Assembly (NCBI RefSeq): GCF_006345805.1
Contig: NC_043007.1
Span: 68,944,001 to 69,008,000, forward strand
Origin: Octopus sinensis
Taxonomy: Eukaryota
Direction of reading: 5' to 3'
DNA length: 64,000 bases
Part shown: positions 50,730-64,000 of the stretch, in pieces
How positions within the stretch are numbered: position 1 is the first letter of the stretch
How the letters are laid out: the number at the start of each line of letters is the position of its first letter
The notes under the pieces: generated by a model
Told to the model about the DNA's origin: nothing
Databases searched by the model: none
What the model saw: the letters and a program-made list of their open reading frames with translations, nothing else
Made by a program: the position numbers and the translations under genes

Positions 50730-51636
50730 AGACATATTCTCCGTAGCCTTGAAGGTGAAGAAAGTAGAGGACGGCCATGCAGTCTTGACAATGAACAATT
50801 GAAAATCAATTGTTGAAAAATCCCACGTCAAAGTGTCAGAGAAATGTCTCAGGCACTTGGTGTTGGTATTGCAACGGTCTCATGCAATATGCAGAAGATT
50901 GGTAAGGGGAACAACCTCGATAAATGGGTACCACATGAGTTCAATGAAAATGAAAAAGTTCAGCGTTTTGAAGTGTGCGAAACACCAATGATTTTTTTTT
51001 TATCGAATAGTCTCTTATGACGAAAAGTACGTCCTTTATGATAACCGTAAACGATCAGGTCAATGACTTGATCGTGATGAGTCCTCCAAACATTTCCCAA
51101 AACCAAAGTTGCATCAGCAAAAGATTATGGTGACAGTCTGGTGGTCTGCAATTGGTGTTGTCCACTACGGTTTTCTGGAAGACAATAAGAGGATTACAGC
51201 GGAGGTTTACTGCAATCAACACGCTGAAATGCATGCTCACTTGCAAAAAATGAAACCTGCATTGGTGAGTCGGTGTGGCCCAATTCTGCTCCACGATATT
51301 GCAAACCATATGTTACAAGAATGACACTGCAGAAACAGACTTGTGATACGAGACTTTACCACATCCTCCATATTCTTCTGATCTTTCACCCACTTACGAC
51401 CATTTTTTAAAGCATTTAAACATTTCAGGTCCAGACCATAGGTGGAATCAGCTTTCAAAGATTTCTTAGCATCAAAGCCAATACGATTTTATCAACATAA
51501 ATAATCTCATTGATCGATGGCAGAGATACATAGATGCTCATGGCTCATACTTTGGCTAATCAAAACATTTGCATTGTTAATTTGTCCAGAATAAAATTGT
51601 TCTGAAATTGGCCATTATTTTCGGAACAACCTAATA
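50730..51636 (+). mobile_element. mariner (DD34D) transposon remnant, 5'-truncated, with 3' terminal inverted repeat
   Basis: SLEGEESRGRP, KWVPHE, YDEKYVLYDN, KIMVTVWW, LLHDIA, HPPYSSDLSPTYDH; 3' end TTTTCGGAACAACCTAA-TA. Confidence 0.92.
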
Positions 51637-51766
51637 GCAATTGAAGGACAGGTGTCAATCTATACCTCCGTTTCTCACAATTTTTTGAATCGATAATTGA
51701 TTACATTATATCATTATAAAAAACTTGTGTGCCTCAAATTAAAGTACCTTATTCAACTGAATCTTG

Positions 51767-51841
<75 letters not shown>

Positions 51842-51901
51842 AGGGGTAATCACGGGCACTAAACCTTTTTCTATTTTCTCTCCCTGTTTATTTCTGTGTT
51901 C

Positions 51902-51937
51902 CTTTCTGTCGAAGAGCATAGGCTCGAAACGTAAAAG
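51902..51937 (+). ncRNA. Minimal type I hammerhead (A6U core) within a pLTR-like repeat (approx. 51860-52027)
   Basis: CTTT-CTGTCGA-A-GAGC(ATAG)GCTC-GAAAC-GTA-AAAG. Confidence 0.6.
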
Positions 51938-52035
51938 ACTTTCTCACTTCCCGAGCGTTAAACTAATACATCTGTTTATTGTTTACACACCCGTCTTCGT
52001 CTTTTGTTCTTTTGTAAATTCTCACTATATATATA

Positions 52036-52081
<46 letters not shown>

Positions 52082-52134
52082 TATATATACATACATACAT
52101 ACAACATACATACATACATACATACATACATACA

Positions 52135-52167
<33 letters not shown>

Positions 52168-52399
52168 GTTGGTGTATATGTACTATGCAAGTAAGTATTC
52201 AGAAATCGATATGACCTAAATGTTCTGAAATAGCAAAGCTTTTCACTTACTCACACGAACACACATGCACACACACACTTACATACACCCACACACACAA
52301 ACCATTTCTTCACATCCATGTTATAACCAAACCCTAGGCTTCACACAGACCATCTCTGTACGCCTTTCTAGTATTACACTCCCCTTCCACATCTGAATA

Positions 52400-52408
52400 T
52401 ATTTCTGA

Positions 52409-52453
<45 letters not shown>

Positions 52454-52860
52454 CCCCCTCTTTCTGTACCCACAACTCTCCCTTCATAGCTCACTCTCGA
52501 CGCCGTTGTTCCTTGCATATACATCTTTCCTTCTCCCTTTCTTTGTCTCACCCTCTCCCTCACTCTTCAGCTTTATGTCTCCGTCTTAATGTCTCACGTT
52601 TCGTTCTCTTCTATTTCTCGTTTCTCTCTCGCCCTCTCTCTTTCTATCTCTCTCTCTTTCACTCACTCATTCTTTATCTCTCTCCTTTTCCTTTCTCAAT
52701 CACGCTTCAATTTTTCAGTTCTTTTGTATTCGTTTTTACTTTTTTCTTACACTAATTTATTTATTTATTTATTTATTCTTACCTTTTCAGTTTTCATTCC
52801 GAATCATATTTATTTCATATTTTTATATAATTTTTATACATTTTTGAATATTTTTCTCTG
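52400..52860. repeat. (CT)n and pyrimidine-rich low-complexity tract
   Basis: Direct reading. Confidence 0.8.
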
Positions 52861-52919
52861 TGATTTTTGGTTGACATTTTAGCGTTTCGTATGTTCTTTT
52901 GTGTAATATTTTTAAAAAA

Positions 52920-53345
52920 TGCGTGGCTGTGTGGTAAGAAACTTGCTTCCCAATCACATGTTTCCGGGTTCAGTCCCACTGCGTGGCCCCTTCGGCAAGT
53001 ATCTTCTGCTATAGCCTCAGGCCGACCAAGACCTTGTGAATGGATTTGGTAGACGGAAATTGAAAGAATCCCTTCATAAGCATATATATATATATATGCG
53101 TGGTGTGTGTGTGTGTGTATGTGTGTGTTGTGTGTGTGTGTGTATGTGTATGTGTGTCTCCCCGTTATCGCTTGGCAACCGATGCTGGTGTCTTTATGTC
53201 CCTGTATTTTAGCAAAAGAAACAGAATAACTTCTAGGCTTACATAGAAAAAGTACTGGGGGGCCAATTTCTTGGGCAAAAATCCTTCAAGATGGTGCTCA
53301 AGTATAGCTGCAGTCAAATGACGGAGACAACTGAAAGAACAAAAG
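52920..53345 (+). mobile_element. Family B SINE
   Basis: GCGTGGCTGTGTGGTAAG head, GGGTTCAGTCCC B box, (TG)n insert, AAAAGAAT repeats at the tail. Confidence 0.88.
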
Positions 53346-54062
53346 AATTAAAGAATTAAAGAATATATTTGTGTACATGCATATTTAAATATAGCATATA
53401 TATACATATGCATACATCAGCACGTTTGCGTGAGTGAGGGCGTGGCCTGTGTGAGGGTGAAAGACGTAGGGGAATGTACAAGGCATGCTGCTGCATGTGC
53501 ACTCAACAACATTAAAAAAGCGTGTTTGCAGGTCCGCATATAAGTGCATAAGTATGCAAGTATGTTTTATATATGCGTGTGTATATGTGTATAAATATAC
53601 ATATATCCATACACATATGTTTGTGTGTGTATACTCATATATATGTGTATGTGCGTGTGTTTATATATTTTTTGCTTGTAACATACGCGCATACAACCTT
53701 GCGAACACATGCACACATATACATTTATATTCATTATAAAGATATGTCAGTCACGTTTCCCCATACACACAAGATAGTAGGCTTCTAAAAGCTTGTGTAT
53801 GTGTACGTAGCGTGTTTATAAACATACATGATACTTGAATCCAGCATACATATGCATCAGAACATTTGGAAAATATGCTGTATATTTTGATAGATAGAAA
53901 TATATATCTATCAAAATGTACATAAAAATTCGTGCATATATATACACACACACACACATATATATATACGTATATACATATATACATATATATATACATA
54001 TATATATACTACACACACATACACACACACACACACACATATATATAATATATATATATATA

Positions 54063-54109
<47 letters not shown>

Positions 54110-54698
54110 GTATGTATGCATGTATGTATGTACATGTTTTTATTCATATGTCCTCCCAACTCCCACCTCTACTTACATCACTAACCTCATAAATAACTTC
54201 TAACCTTGAAATTTATTTTCTCCTCCCACTACTCTCTATCTAAATACCTTCCAGCTCCTCCTTCTAATACACTTAGACACTTAGTTCTCCACGAAATCAT
54301 CCCCTGTTTAATCTCCTTTCTGTCAAAATCTCAAATGTAAAATCCTTCCCTGAAGATGGAGGCTGGTACTATCCGAAATCAATTTACAATCATTATTTTG
54401 GACCACCAAGCCCCCAGAAACAAATGTTAGACTCGTAAAACTCTTATTCAACCCCTTAATTCTTCATATTCATTTCTATTCTGTGTAAATCACACCTTTC
54501 TGAATATAAACATAAGTACAATTTTTGTATTAAATGTATTTTGTATCTTTTGTATACCGTCTTGCCTAACTTGCTTACCCTTACATTCACTCCACTGCCT
54601 GTTCAGGTTTAAATCTCTTGAGAGTTACAAAGAGTATTCTATACGGAGAATGTCTGCAACTCATTCATGTATATATATATATATTCATACATACATAC

Positions 54699-54738
<40 letters not shown>

Positions 54739-55459
54739 TTGTCAATCCGATAGAGTTATAACCTCATTAGAGAATGTAATCCAAGAGATTCCACTGGTTA
54801 TTTCTACCATATAATAAGAAAGTCACTTGTATAAATTAGGGATTATTATAATTTATATATTATTAATACTGAAGGAAAGAAAATGGAGAGAATTAGATGT
54901 GTAAAACTCTATCCCTCACTCACTCTTCCTCCTTGACTCTCTCGTTGCTCACACGTAACTAACGGCCATTCTCTCTTTCTTCCACTTCCTTCCTACAGAC
55001 AAGACGTACTTTTATCTGTCTCTTCTCATAGCTCCTATTTCCAGTGTTCACCACTTCACATCGTCTTGGCTTAACAACCCTCACCGTTTGTTCGAACTGT
55101 TTTGTTCTCACTTTCCTGTTTTTTTTACCACTTTTATCATCCGCAAAAAATCCTAAATTTTATTTAATTTGGTTTGCAGGAAGGATAGTTTTAACGAAGT
55201 CGCGTCTTGTCCTCACCTACGGAACGCGGAGTGGATAAAACAGGGGACAACTGATGAAGGGAATGTCCTTTATGTTGCATCTCATTTCTCTGGGTTTTTT
55301 TTCGTTGTTCGAAAAAAGTTCGTTTGGTATATTTTCGTTTTCATGTTCTTGTTTCTCATTCTGTCCACGTTTTTTTTATGTCCTGTACCCATATATGCAT
55401 TTATATATACATATAAATGTAAGTATGTACATATATGTATGTATATATGCATTACTTAT

Positions 55460-55625
<166 letters not shown>

Positions 55626-56242
55626 GCACATACCTACGAATAACGTTTATAAGCTAAGTTGTACTAGATACATATCATAACGTAAATTTACAAACTTTCG
55701 TCTATCCTCAATCCTTATTACCGCCCATATTGCTACTCATCATTAATTTTCCACAACTGTATCTATCAACACACTAATAGAAAAAAATCTATTTATTTTT
55801 ATAAAACCGTTGTATACTAATCCTTATCTTCTCACCTATCATTCATTTATCTACTATATTAGTTTTAGTCTCCCTCACATTCTAAAGTGTTATTTTTCTT
55901 CTCCTTTCCAATAATTATTTATTTGTTTATATATTATTACATATATATTTTCCTTTTTTTCGAAACAGTATATTTTTACTATATGTGTGTTACATACACA
56001 CACACACACACACATATACATATATATATATTTCTTTATATATACATATTTCTTTTTATTTATTTATTTCTACTTTTATTTAATATTTACTCTATTTTAT
56101 TAAATTATATTATTTTTATTTTATTTGATGTTTCTTAACTTTATTTTTTATTATTTATTTTCTAATATAAGATATATTCATGATATATATATATATATAT
56201 AACTCACCACCTAGATACACTTACTATGTATATATATAATTA

Positions 56243-56311
<69 letters not shown>

Positions 56312-56679
56312 CACATGCATATACATATATATATGCGTGTATATATATATATATCTTTGCTATTATGCGAAAGTGTCGTAAATCCAAAACGTTGCTTTTT
56401 CAGAAAATGAAACTATAGTTTCGCCATTGCAATTTTTTACATTAGCAACAGTATCAGCTTTAAAATAATACTGTGTTGGTTGGATAAAACCGTAACTCCA
56501 TGCATGTATGATATTTTCAGTTAGAGATATTTTTGCAAAAACTGTCTTATGTGGGGCTTACTACACTTTTGAGAAATGCTGAGCCGTTGTACTGCACTTT
56601 GACAATTTTCATCTGAAGCAGCTGGAGACACGATAGTTTGACGAAAAGAGCAGGTTATTGCAAACAAAATGAAATATTG

Positions 56680-56755
56680 AGCAGTTTAGCTTAATGGTAA
56701 AGCACTTGACACGTAATCACTGGGATGTGAGTTCGAGTTTCATGGATGGCCGCCA
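56680..56755 (+). pseudogene. Isolated tRNA-like sequence (decayed tRNA or SINE head; CGT at the anticodon position)
   Basis: D stem GCTT/AAGC, T arm GTGAG-TTCGAGT-TTCAT; acceptor and anticodon stems poorly paired. Confidence 0.4.
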
Positions 56756-56926
56756 ACAGATTTTTCTGCAAAAATATGGATAGTTTATCCTGTTCATGCT
56801 ATATTATTAGCATTATCCTGCGTTTATGAATAGATTATTTTCTTATCTGTACCTTTCAATACATCTCAATAACTTTGTTGACTTTCAAACGAAAAATGAA
56901 TTAATATATATATATAAATATGATAT

Positions 56927-56972
<46 letters not shown>

Positions 56973-57029
56973 ATAATATATATATATATATATATATACA
57001 TCATATATATACATATATATATACATACA

Positions 57030-57225
57030 TAAAGAGTAATGACCCCTTTCGGCCATGAATGACCATGGGATTGCAACTAGAAAGTTACTCCCGGAGGCAC
57101 AAGTCCGGACAAGGTTGTTTATGGAAGACCAGCAGTTGCCCAGGCATACCAGCCTTTGCTTTCTGCGCTACTGATGTTATCCGAGGGAAAAGCAAATGTC
57201 GATATAGCTTGGCACCAGCTATCCA
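57030..57225 (-). mobile_element. SINE or LINE 3' tail fragment
   Basis: GC-richer island among microsatellites; resembles RTE-type tails; family assignment tentative. Confidence 0.4.
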
Positions 57226-57312
57226 AACCAAGTTATGCATACATACACACATACATACTTACATACTTATATATATATATACACACACACACGCATATAT
57301 ATATATACATAC

Positions 57313-57345
<33 letters not shown>

Positions 57346-57389
57346 ATATATATATACTTTATTTAAAGCAGCAGAAAATTCAACAAAAC

Positions 57390-57427
57390 CTGTTACTCTG
57401 AGTTTCACGTTGCCGTTCGTCGGACAG
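57390..57427 (-). ncRNA. Compact type I hammerhead (U4C core) in a pLTR-like repeat (approx. 57355-57507)
   Basis: CTGT-CCGACGA-ACG(GCAA)CGT-GAA-ACTC(A)GAGT-A-ACAG: all three stems pair, GNRA loop, GUA triplet. Confidence 0.7.
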
Positions 57428-57576
57428 TTTCTAGCATATTACTCTACCACTGGTATTTGAGTACTCTTTTTCCACCTTGTTTCACATTTATGTGTTTTTA
57501 CTCCGGTATATATATATATATTATATATATCTATATTATATTATTATATATATATATATAATATATATATATATAT

Positions 57577-57584
<8 letters not shown>

Positions 57585-57610
<26 letters not shown>

Positions 57611-57639
57611 TAGATAGATAATAGATTAGATAGATAGAT

Positions 57640-57679
<40 letters not shown>

Positions 57680-57697
57680 TAGATATAGATAGATATA
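57585..57697. repeat. (AGAT)n microsatellite
   Basis: Direct reading. Confidence 0.9.
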
Positions 57698-58198
57698 CAT
57701 TCATATAAATGTACATACATATACATATATATATATACATACATATATGTAGAATTACATATGTATATGTTTGTATGTAAGTATGTATATATATATATAT
57801 ATATACATGCATATATGTGTGTGTGAGAGAGAGACAGAATTGTATTCAGAAGGTACTCTACACCACTGGTTTCAATGAGTTTGGACGCTATGACTATCAT
57901 CGGACACAGTTATAGTTGTTAAAGCAAAGACATTGTTCACTTTTACTTCAGCAACTTTTCTCTTTTTTCACACTTCTCTCTACCACATATCATAATCATT
58001 TTCCAAAAGGTAATAGAGTTGTAGCATAGTTCTCGCTGTGTAAGATATTCTTTATTGTTAGTTTTACTTTTAGAAAGATTGATTCGTGGATCTACATCCT
58101 TGTTTTCAACTTAACTTTTCTTGGTTTTGATGGATTCAGCGGTGAAATTAGGTCTTCGCATTCAGGGATCCCCACAAGCAGCCGCTCTTGAAGTCCTT

Positions 58199-58257
58199 GA
58201 TTATGTCTTGGACAACAAAAGTAAACAAGATTATGTCTTGGACAACAAAAGTAAACA
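58199..58257 (+). repeat. Exact 29-nt direct repeat, period 30
   Basis: GATTATGTCTTGGACAACAAAAGTAAACA at 58199 and 58229. Confidence 0.95.
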
Positions 58258-58660
58258 TAGAAAATTGGACTTTTCTATATAACCACTGGGAATTGCAAAC
58301 AAAAGATACCAATGCAATTAAATACTCTAGAAGAAATCGAAACCGAAGCTGTTGTAGAACGGTGGTTCATCACTATGCTACAACGTGGTAGAATACTGCA
58401 TGATAGAAATAACTACCAAACCTCTTTTTCGAATTCTGCTTAACCGTCTTACAAAGGGACAGACTGAATAGTAATGCTGCAGGTTCCTTTGGTTATATCA
58501 GCTTGTTGATAGCTAAGAAAGGGCTAAACAACACCGGCGCACATCGGAGATTCAGTTTGTTTTTTAATTCCATAATGCTCTGGGTTATTTTTGTGTGAAT
58601 GAATGTATATGTTTGTTTGTGTGTGTGTGTGTGTGTGTGTATGCATGTGTGTGTGTATGC

Positions 58661-58703
<43 letters not shown>

Positions 58704-59425
58704 AACGTTTTTGCCCCACGATGCAGTAGCAGTACTCCATTGTGGGTTTCAACTAAGCTATGCAGCAGCAACTTAATAATTGTTGGGGACGAAATACTTC
58801 CTGATTCTTAAGGAAGGCTAAATCATTCTGAAGTAGTCGTTGCCTTATTGAGGATGTGCGTTCTCCATCACTGATTATAGAAGGTTAATACTTATATACA
58901 TCCAGTGCTTTAGAAGTCAGAAACTGAAATCCGCTCGGTAAAGCTCAACATAGTACGACATCTAAACTACATTTGAAAATGTACAGACAGTAATGAACAA
59001 GAAAATGAAGTACAGTAAAGTGTTTTTATCATGAAATTGAACCTGAAGTGCCGGCGCTCAGCTTACCGGAAGCTAAGCACCAATTTACGACGCAAGGGCC
59101 GAGAATCAATACTCATTTCATAAGAAATTTTTCTGAGACAGAACTCATATTGTTTTATCAACCTGAACAATCCACCCTTTTCTCACCTCTCCACCAACCT
59201 CCTTTCATACCTGATACTCTTCTCCACACTCAACGATACAATACCCGCCACCACCACCACCACCACTATTAACAACACCACTACCACCATCATTGCTACC
59301 ACCACTACCCTTTTCGTTTCCTGTAGAGTGTGTCACTTAGTTCCTGTTGCGAAAAGATCAATAACAACATCAGCTCAATAATTTGCAATCACCTAAGTGG
59401 TTTTTAAATGAACATAATAATAATA

Positions 59426-59465
<40 letters not shown>

Positions 59466-59586
59466 TAAAATAATAATAATAATAGTCAATGAAGACTGTT
59501 TCATATTGCTTTCATCTTTACATTAGATATGTTTTTTACATTCGTTTTTGCTCTACTCCACATCCTATATATGTGTTTGTGTGTGG

Positions 59587-59620
<34 letters not shown>

Positions 59621-59789
59621 GTCTTTTTCTCATTGTTTCGTTATTAATTCCTTTCGACTCATTGGTTTCTCCTGTTTCTATCTCCCTCTCATTCTCTCTC
59701 CCTCATTCATCTATCCCCTCTTTATCCATCTACTTATCTCTGTCCAGGCTCGTAGATACACATAGGTATACACGTTCATACACATATGC

Positions 59790-59859
<70 letters not shown>

Positions 59860-59967
59860 AAATAAGCATTTTGCTTATTTTGATTTTAATCACTAACTTT
59901 GGAATTGTATGGATAATAACGTACTAAATTCTGGTGCCTCAACTTAAGTACCATATTCATCTGAATC

Positions 59968-60017
<50 letters not shown>

Positions 60018-60106
60018 TGTGTGTATGTATGTATGTATGCGTGTGTGTGTGTACATTCATTTTGTGAGACTGTGTTCCTGTGTTGACGCCCACGCGCATA
60101 CGAATA

Positions 60107-60158
<52 letters not shown>

Positions 60159-60839
60159 AGGTGTCTAAACGATAGTGATACCCATGGGGCAGCTGATGAT
60201 GGAGATATGTTGGATTGTTGGTATGGCTGTTATTGTATGTGAAGAATAGTTTTATAAGACATCCATTTGATATATACAGATAGATATATAGATAGATAGA
60301 TATATAGATACATACATACATACATACATACATAAATACATACATACATAAATACATACATACATACATACATACATACATGCATATATGCATGCATACA
60401 TATGTGTGTGTGTACAAATATGTAGATGTATGCATATATATATGTGTGTGTATATTGTGTATGTATGTATTTATGTATGCATATACGGTGGTGTTTCTTC
60501 TGATGATGATATATATTGCAATCATTCCATAGTGAGCTGTATCTACCAATGGTTACATAATATACTCTACTAGAAACACGTTGCAAAAAAATAGTTGCGT
60601 CATAGGCACTGTCCTTCGCTGCAGACTAAAACATTATAAAGATTTTATGAAATTAATTTTATGTAAGAAAGATTATATGCATTTTATATTTTCGTACAGT
60701 AATTATTACGTCTATAGCTTGAGAGGCCTACAAACTGGAACATTATGATTTCACACTTTGTTGGCTTCTTCGGCTTTAATTCGGGCTGCATCCATTAACT
60801 AATTCTTATAATTTTTATATATCACTGACAGGTGAACAG

Positions 60840-61035
60840 GGCGCTAGATTTGTAGAATTGTTAGAGTGTTAGGCAAAAATCCTTCTGAGTGTTTTTTTTT
60901 AGGGCTGCCGCTGGTTCAAAACCCGCTGAAGTCAAATTTTATCTTTTTATTACTACAGATTCAATAAAATAATGTACTAATTAAGTTCAGATGCTTTTCT
61001 CCCACCTCCAATAAAATATCTTATGCCTATGTTAG
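60840..61035 (+). mobile_element. Old family A SINE
   Basis: GAATTGTTAGAG...GGTTCAAAACCC...AATAAAATAATGTAC...ATGCCTATGTTAGAAA. Confidence 0.55.
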
Positions 61036-61424
61036 AAATAATTTTCCGTTTATACTTTACATCATGTCATTTCTGTGATACACGATACCTATAGATCGTT
61101 TTTTTTTTTTTTTACGATCCCTTTTGATCGAAAACCTTTCTCCCCCTTTTTTTCTCCCCATAAAGAAAAGCTCTACTTTGTAATTTGTCCCCTCTGTGTT
61201 CAGCCCTGTGCGGCTAATAAAGAAACATATTATGCAGTGTGATAAACAAATGAACCCTTAAATAAGTGCAGAATATGCTACGCAGGGCAAACAATCTCTC
61301 TTGAATTCTATCCGAAAGCTCTGCCTTTAAAAGAAAGAAAGTCATATTGAAAAATGTAATCTGAGATCAAATATGTTTGAAAAGACGGGCGTGTCACGGT
61401 TGGAAGGGCTATTATCATGTTGCT

Positions 61425-61680
61425 GCTGTTACTTCTTCTTCCTTCTCCTTGAAGCGGCAGCAAGCGAAGTGCATCTCACAATACTGCGGCAAGAATTTCT
61501 GTCCCCCACCTTACGGATTAACTTTAGTGGATCTTGAATTTCATGCCGTATGTCAGTGCTAATGACATCAATGTAGATGAGTAGTGTTCGGCCCCTATTG
61601 GGGACTGGAGGTCTCCGAAATATTACATTTGATATGACTTGGTTTTGAGTTCGATACCTCATCAACTGTGTGATGCGCAA
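61425..61680 (-). mobile_element. RTE-like LINE 3' end with (GAA)n tail
   Basis: PNRGRTLLIYIDVISTD...DRNSCRSIVR, ending GGAAGAAGAAG. Confidence 0.65.
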
Positions 61681-61980
61681 CAGTTGTTAATATCGCTTGA
61701 GAATGACGCAGCCAAAGTAGATTTGATTCTCAATGCAAAGAAGACTTATAATATATAGCTTATATAAACTCATTACACCGAGCCAACAAGAAAGTTGCAT
61801 ATCATCTTTCTGATGATCAAAATAACAGCACGCCGCTAGCATAATCTCTCTCTTAATTTTGCGGTAAAAGTTTGGGTAAATTGAGTTTCTCTGTGTGAGA
61901 CATGACAAAATAAAATTTGAAGAAACCACACACACACAAGCACACAAGCACACGCACATTCATAAACACACATACATACA

Positions 61981-62020
<40 letters not shown>

Positions 62021-62036
62021 TACATACACACACATA

Positions 62037-62506
62037 TCTATTATATAAATTCCGTGAGTGTAAATTATATAAATTCTGTGTGTGTGTGTCTTCTAGGATC
62101 TCGGGCATCCTCCATCCGATTGCACTCAAATTTGATATGTAGATACCGACGGTATCAGGGCGTGTATAAGTCTCGAAAAAATTACAAAAATCGATTCCAG
62201 GTGAGAATGCGATCGATAAAGCCATGAGAACATGCATTTGTACGCGCAAGTACATCAGCTGCTGCGATGTTCTTACTGGTACTTTAAACTCTTCGGTTGC
62301 GTATTTGTGTGAATAAAATCGTTTTTCTTTGGAATAGAATTAAAAAAATCTATCTTTATTTCTTTTGCTGGTGTCTCAAAATTAGGTTAAATCAGTGTTT
62401 TTCAAAGGGGAGGCCTATGGGACACTCGGACAAGTTGTTTTTAGAAAATTTGGTTTAAATGTTTGACAACTCACCACCATCCATTGGACAGGGGGTGTTT
62501 TGCTCG
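62037..62506 (+). mobile_element. Non-autonomous Helitron-like element
   Basis: Inserted at A|T; 5' TC, (TG)n, CCGATTGCACTCAAATTTG motif, subterminal hairpin CACC...TCCA-T-TGGA...GGTG and CTCG|T end. Confidence 0.55.
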
Positions 62507-62720
<214 letters not shown>

Positions 62721-63642
62721 ATATACATACATACATAATCCGATACAAATGTTGGTTAGCTGATTAGTAGATTTCTCCGGTCACATTTTACATAGTATAG
62801 AGGAGAGAAAGAGAGAAAAGAGAAGGATACAGAACAGAGTAAGAGAGAGTGTGGGGTGTAAAAGTGTGACACAGAGAGTGTTAACATAACAGGTGCTGGA
62901 TGAGTGCATACATGAGGGTCGGTGGAAGACAATGAATGAATGTTATACACATTCACATAGTATGAACGATAGAATCATAGAGATAAGTGTTTATGTATAT
63001 GTGAAAGAGAGAGATAGTGGGAGTGAGTGTATGTGTGTATGTGTGTGTGTTGTGTGTGTATGTGCATGTGTGTGTAAGTACGTGTATGTGCACGTATGTG
63101 TACTGTTATAATAAAGAGTTAACACAGGAAACTTGTCTTCATTTTTCTTTTTTTTTTTTTGACTAGTTGAACTTTTATTTAATTTTATTTATAGTGTAAT
63201 AAATACTTTTCTTTCGAAAATTGATAATCATTTCATCAGTTTATATAGGCACTTAAAGTTGATAAGGAAAGCAATGTGTGAAAACTTGATACATCCCAAT
63301 AAATAATACACCTTTGCGGGTTGTGAAGGCTATGTTTCTTTAAGTTACATATGTTGCCACTAATATCACTTATTATCTAAATATTGCACCCGAAGCGACC
63401 ATATATTAAGATTCTAGAGTGTATAACATTTACAATGTATATGTAAATGTGGAACGGCACTTGCGTGTTACAAACATAAGGCTTCGCTCTGAACGTCGGT
63501 GAATCGCGAGACACACGGATTTCGACATGTCTTAGTATCCTCATTAACGAATTTCCCATGCATCCTGAACTAAGCCTTAAAAGGCTTTTTTCCAATATAG
63601 AAATCAATAAACATAATATTTATTAATTTGTGCAAATGTTAG

Positions 63643-63690
63643 CTCGGCCAGGATAAAAAAGATGAAAACGAAGATGATTCGAGTACCGAA
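63643..63690 (+). CDS. Candidate 48-nt symmetric exon LGQDKKDENEDDSSTE
   Basis: TGTTAG acceptor, GAA|GTATGA donor, acidic protein-like frame; weak pyrimidine tract. Confidence 0.25.
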
Positions 63691-64000
63691 GTATGAAGAA
63701 AGGGTTAAAAATAGGATACCATTTTCCAAGTACTTAATAGCACTCAATTGCACATTTCAAGTATGTATACTGTTAATCCTTAATCCTTCTACTTCTTTAT
63801 CACTTTATTGCTCATTTCCTTTAGTGATGTTTATCAATTTGCATTTAGAAATCATTATTATTCAATAGAGAAAACAATTATATTATTGATTATTTAATGC
63901 AATATATCTTTAGAAGTAAAGTCAGTTTGAGGCATATGTTTAATCAATGGACGGGCGGTGGTTATTCTACTTATCTCTCATATTTTTCCTATACAATTCA

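Noticed and set aside
54345-54385. CTGAAGA-T-GGA...TCC-GAAATC as a hammerhead
   Set aside because: Stem II is plausible, but there is no stem III, NUH triplet or stem I partner; at most a heavily decayed relic.
55225-55330. CTGATGA...GAAA as a hammerhead
   Set aside because: The core heptamer is present, but stems I and III cannot be paired convincingly.

Overview
AT-rich, microsatellite-saturated eukaryotic DNA, most likely intronic or intergenic sequence from an octopus (coleoid cephalopod). The taxon is inferred from the (TA)n/(ATAC)n/(AGAT)n load and the tRNA-derived SINE families, not from a search. There is no prokaryotic-style gene content and no CRISPR array. Nearly all listed ORFs are translations of microsatellites or antisense repeat sequence. 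The window holds dozens of SINE copies (my labels A-F), decayed LINEs (RTE-like, plus two restriction-like-endonuclease clades), Tc1 and mariner remnants, Helitron/Helentron-like non-autonomous elements and a MITE. A few phase-compatible candidate exons suggest an unidentified + strand gene. The most striking signal is a set of at least six type I hammerhead-ribozyme folds in several unrelated short repeats of Penelope-pLTR or retrozyme type. Most have non-canonical catalytic cores. Two lie tail-to-tail in a 627-bp near-perfect palindrome, and one sits in the tail of a tRNA-headed SINE. All coordinates were read by hand; repeat boundaries are approximate (about +/-10-20 nt) unless a target-site duplication (TSD) is given.
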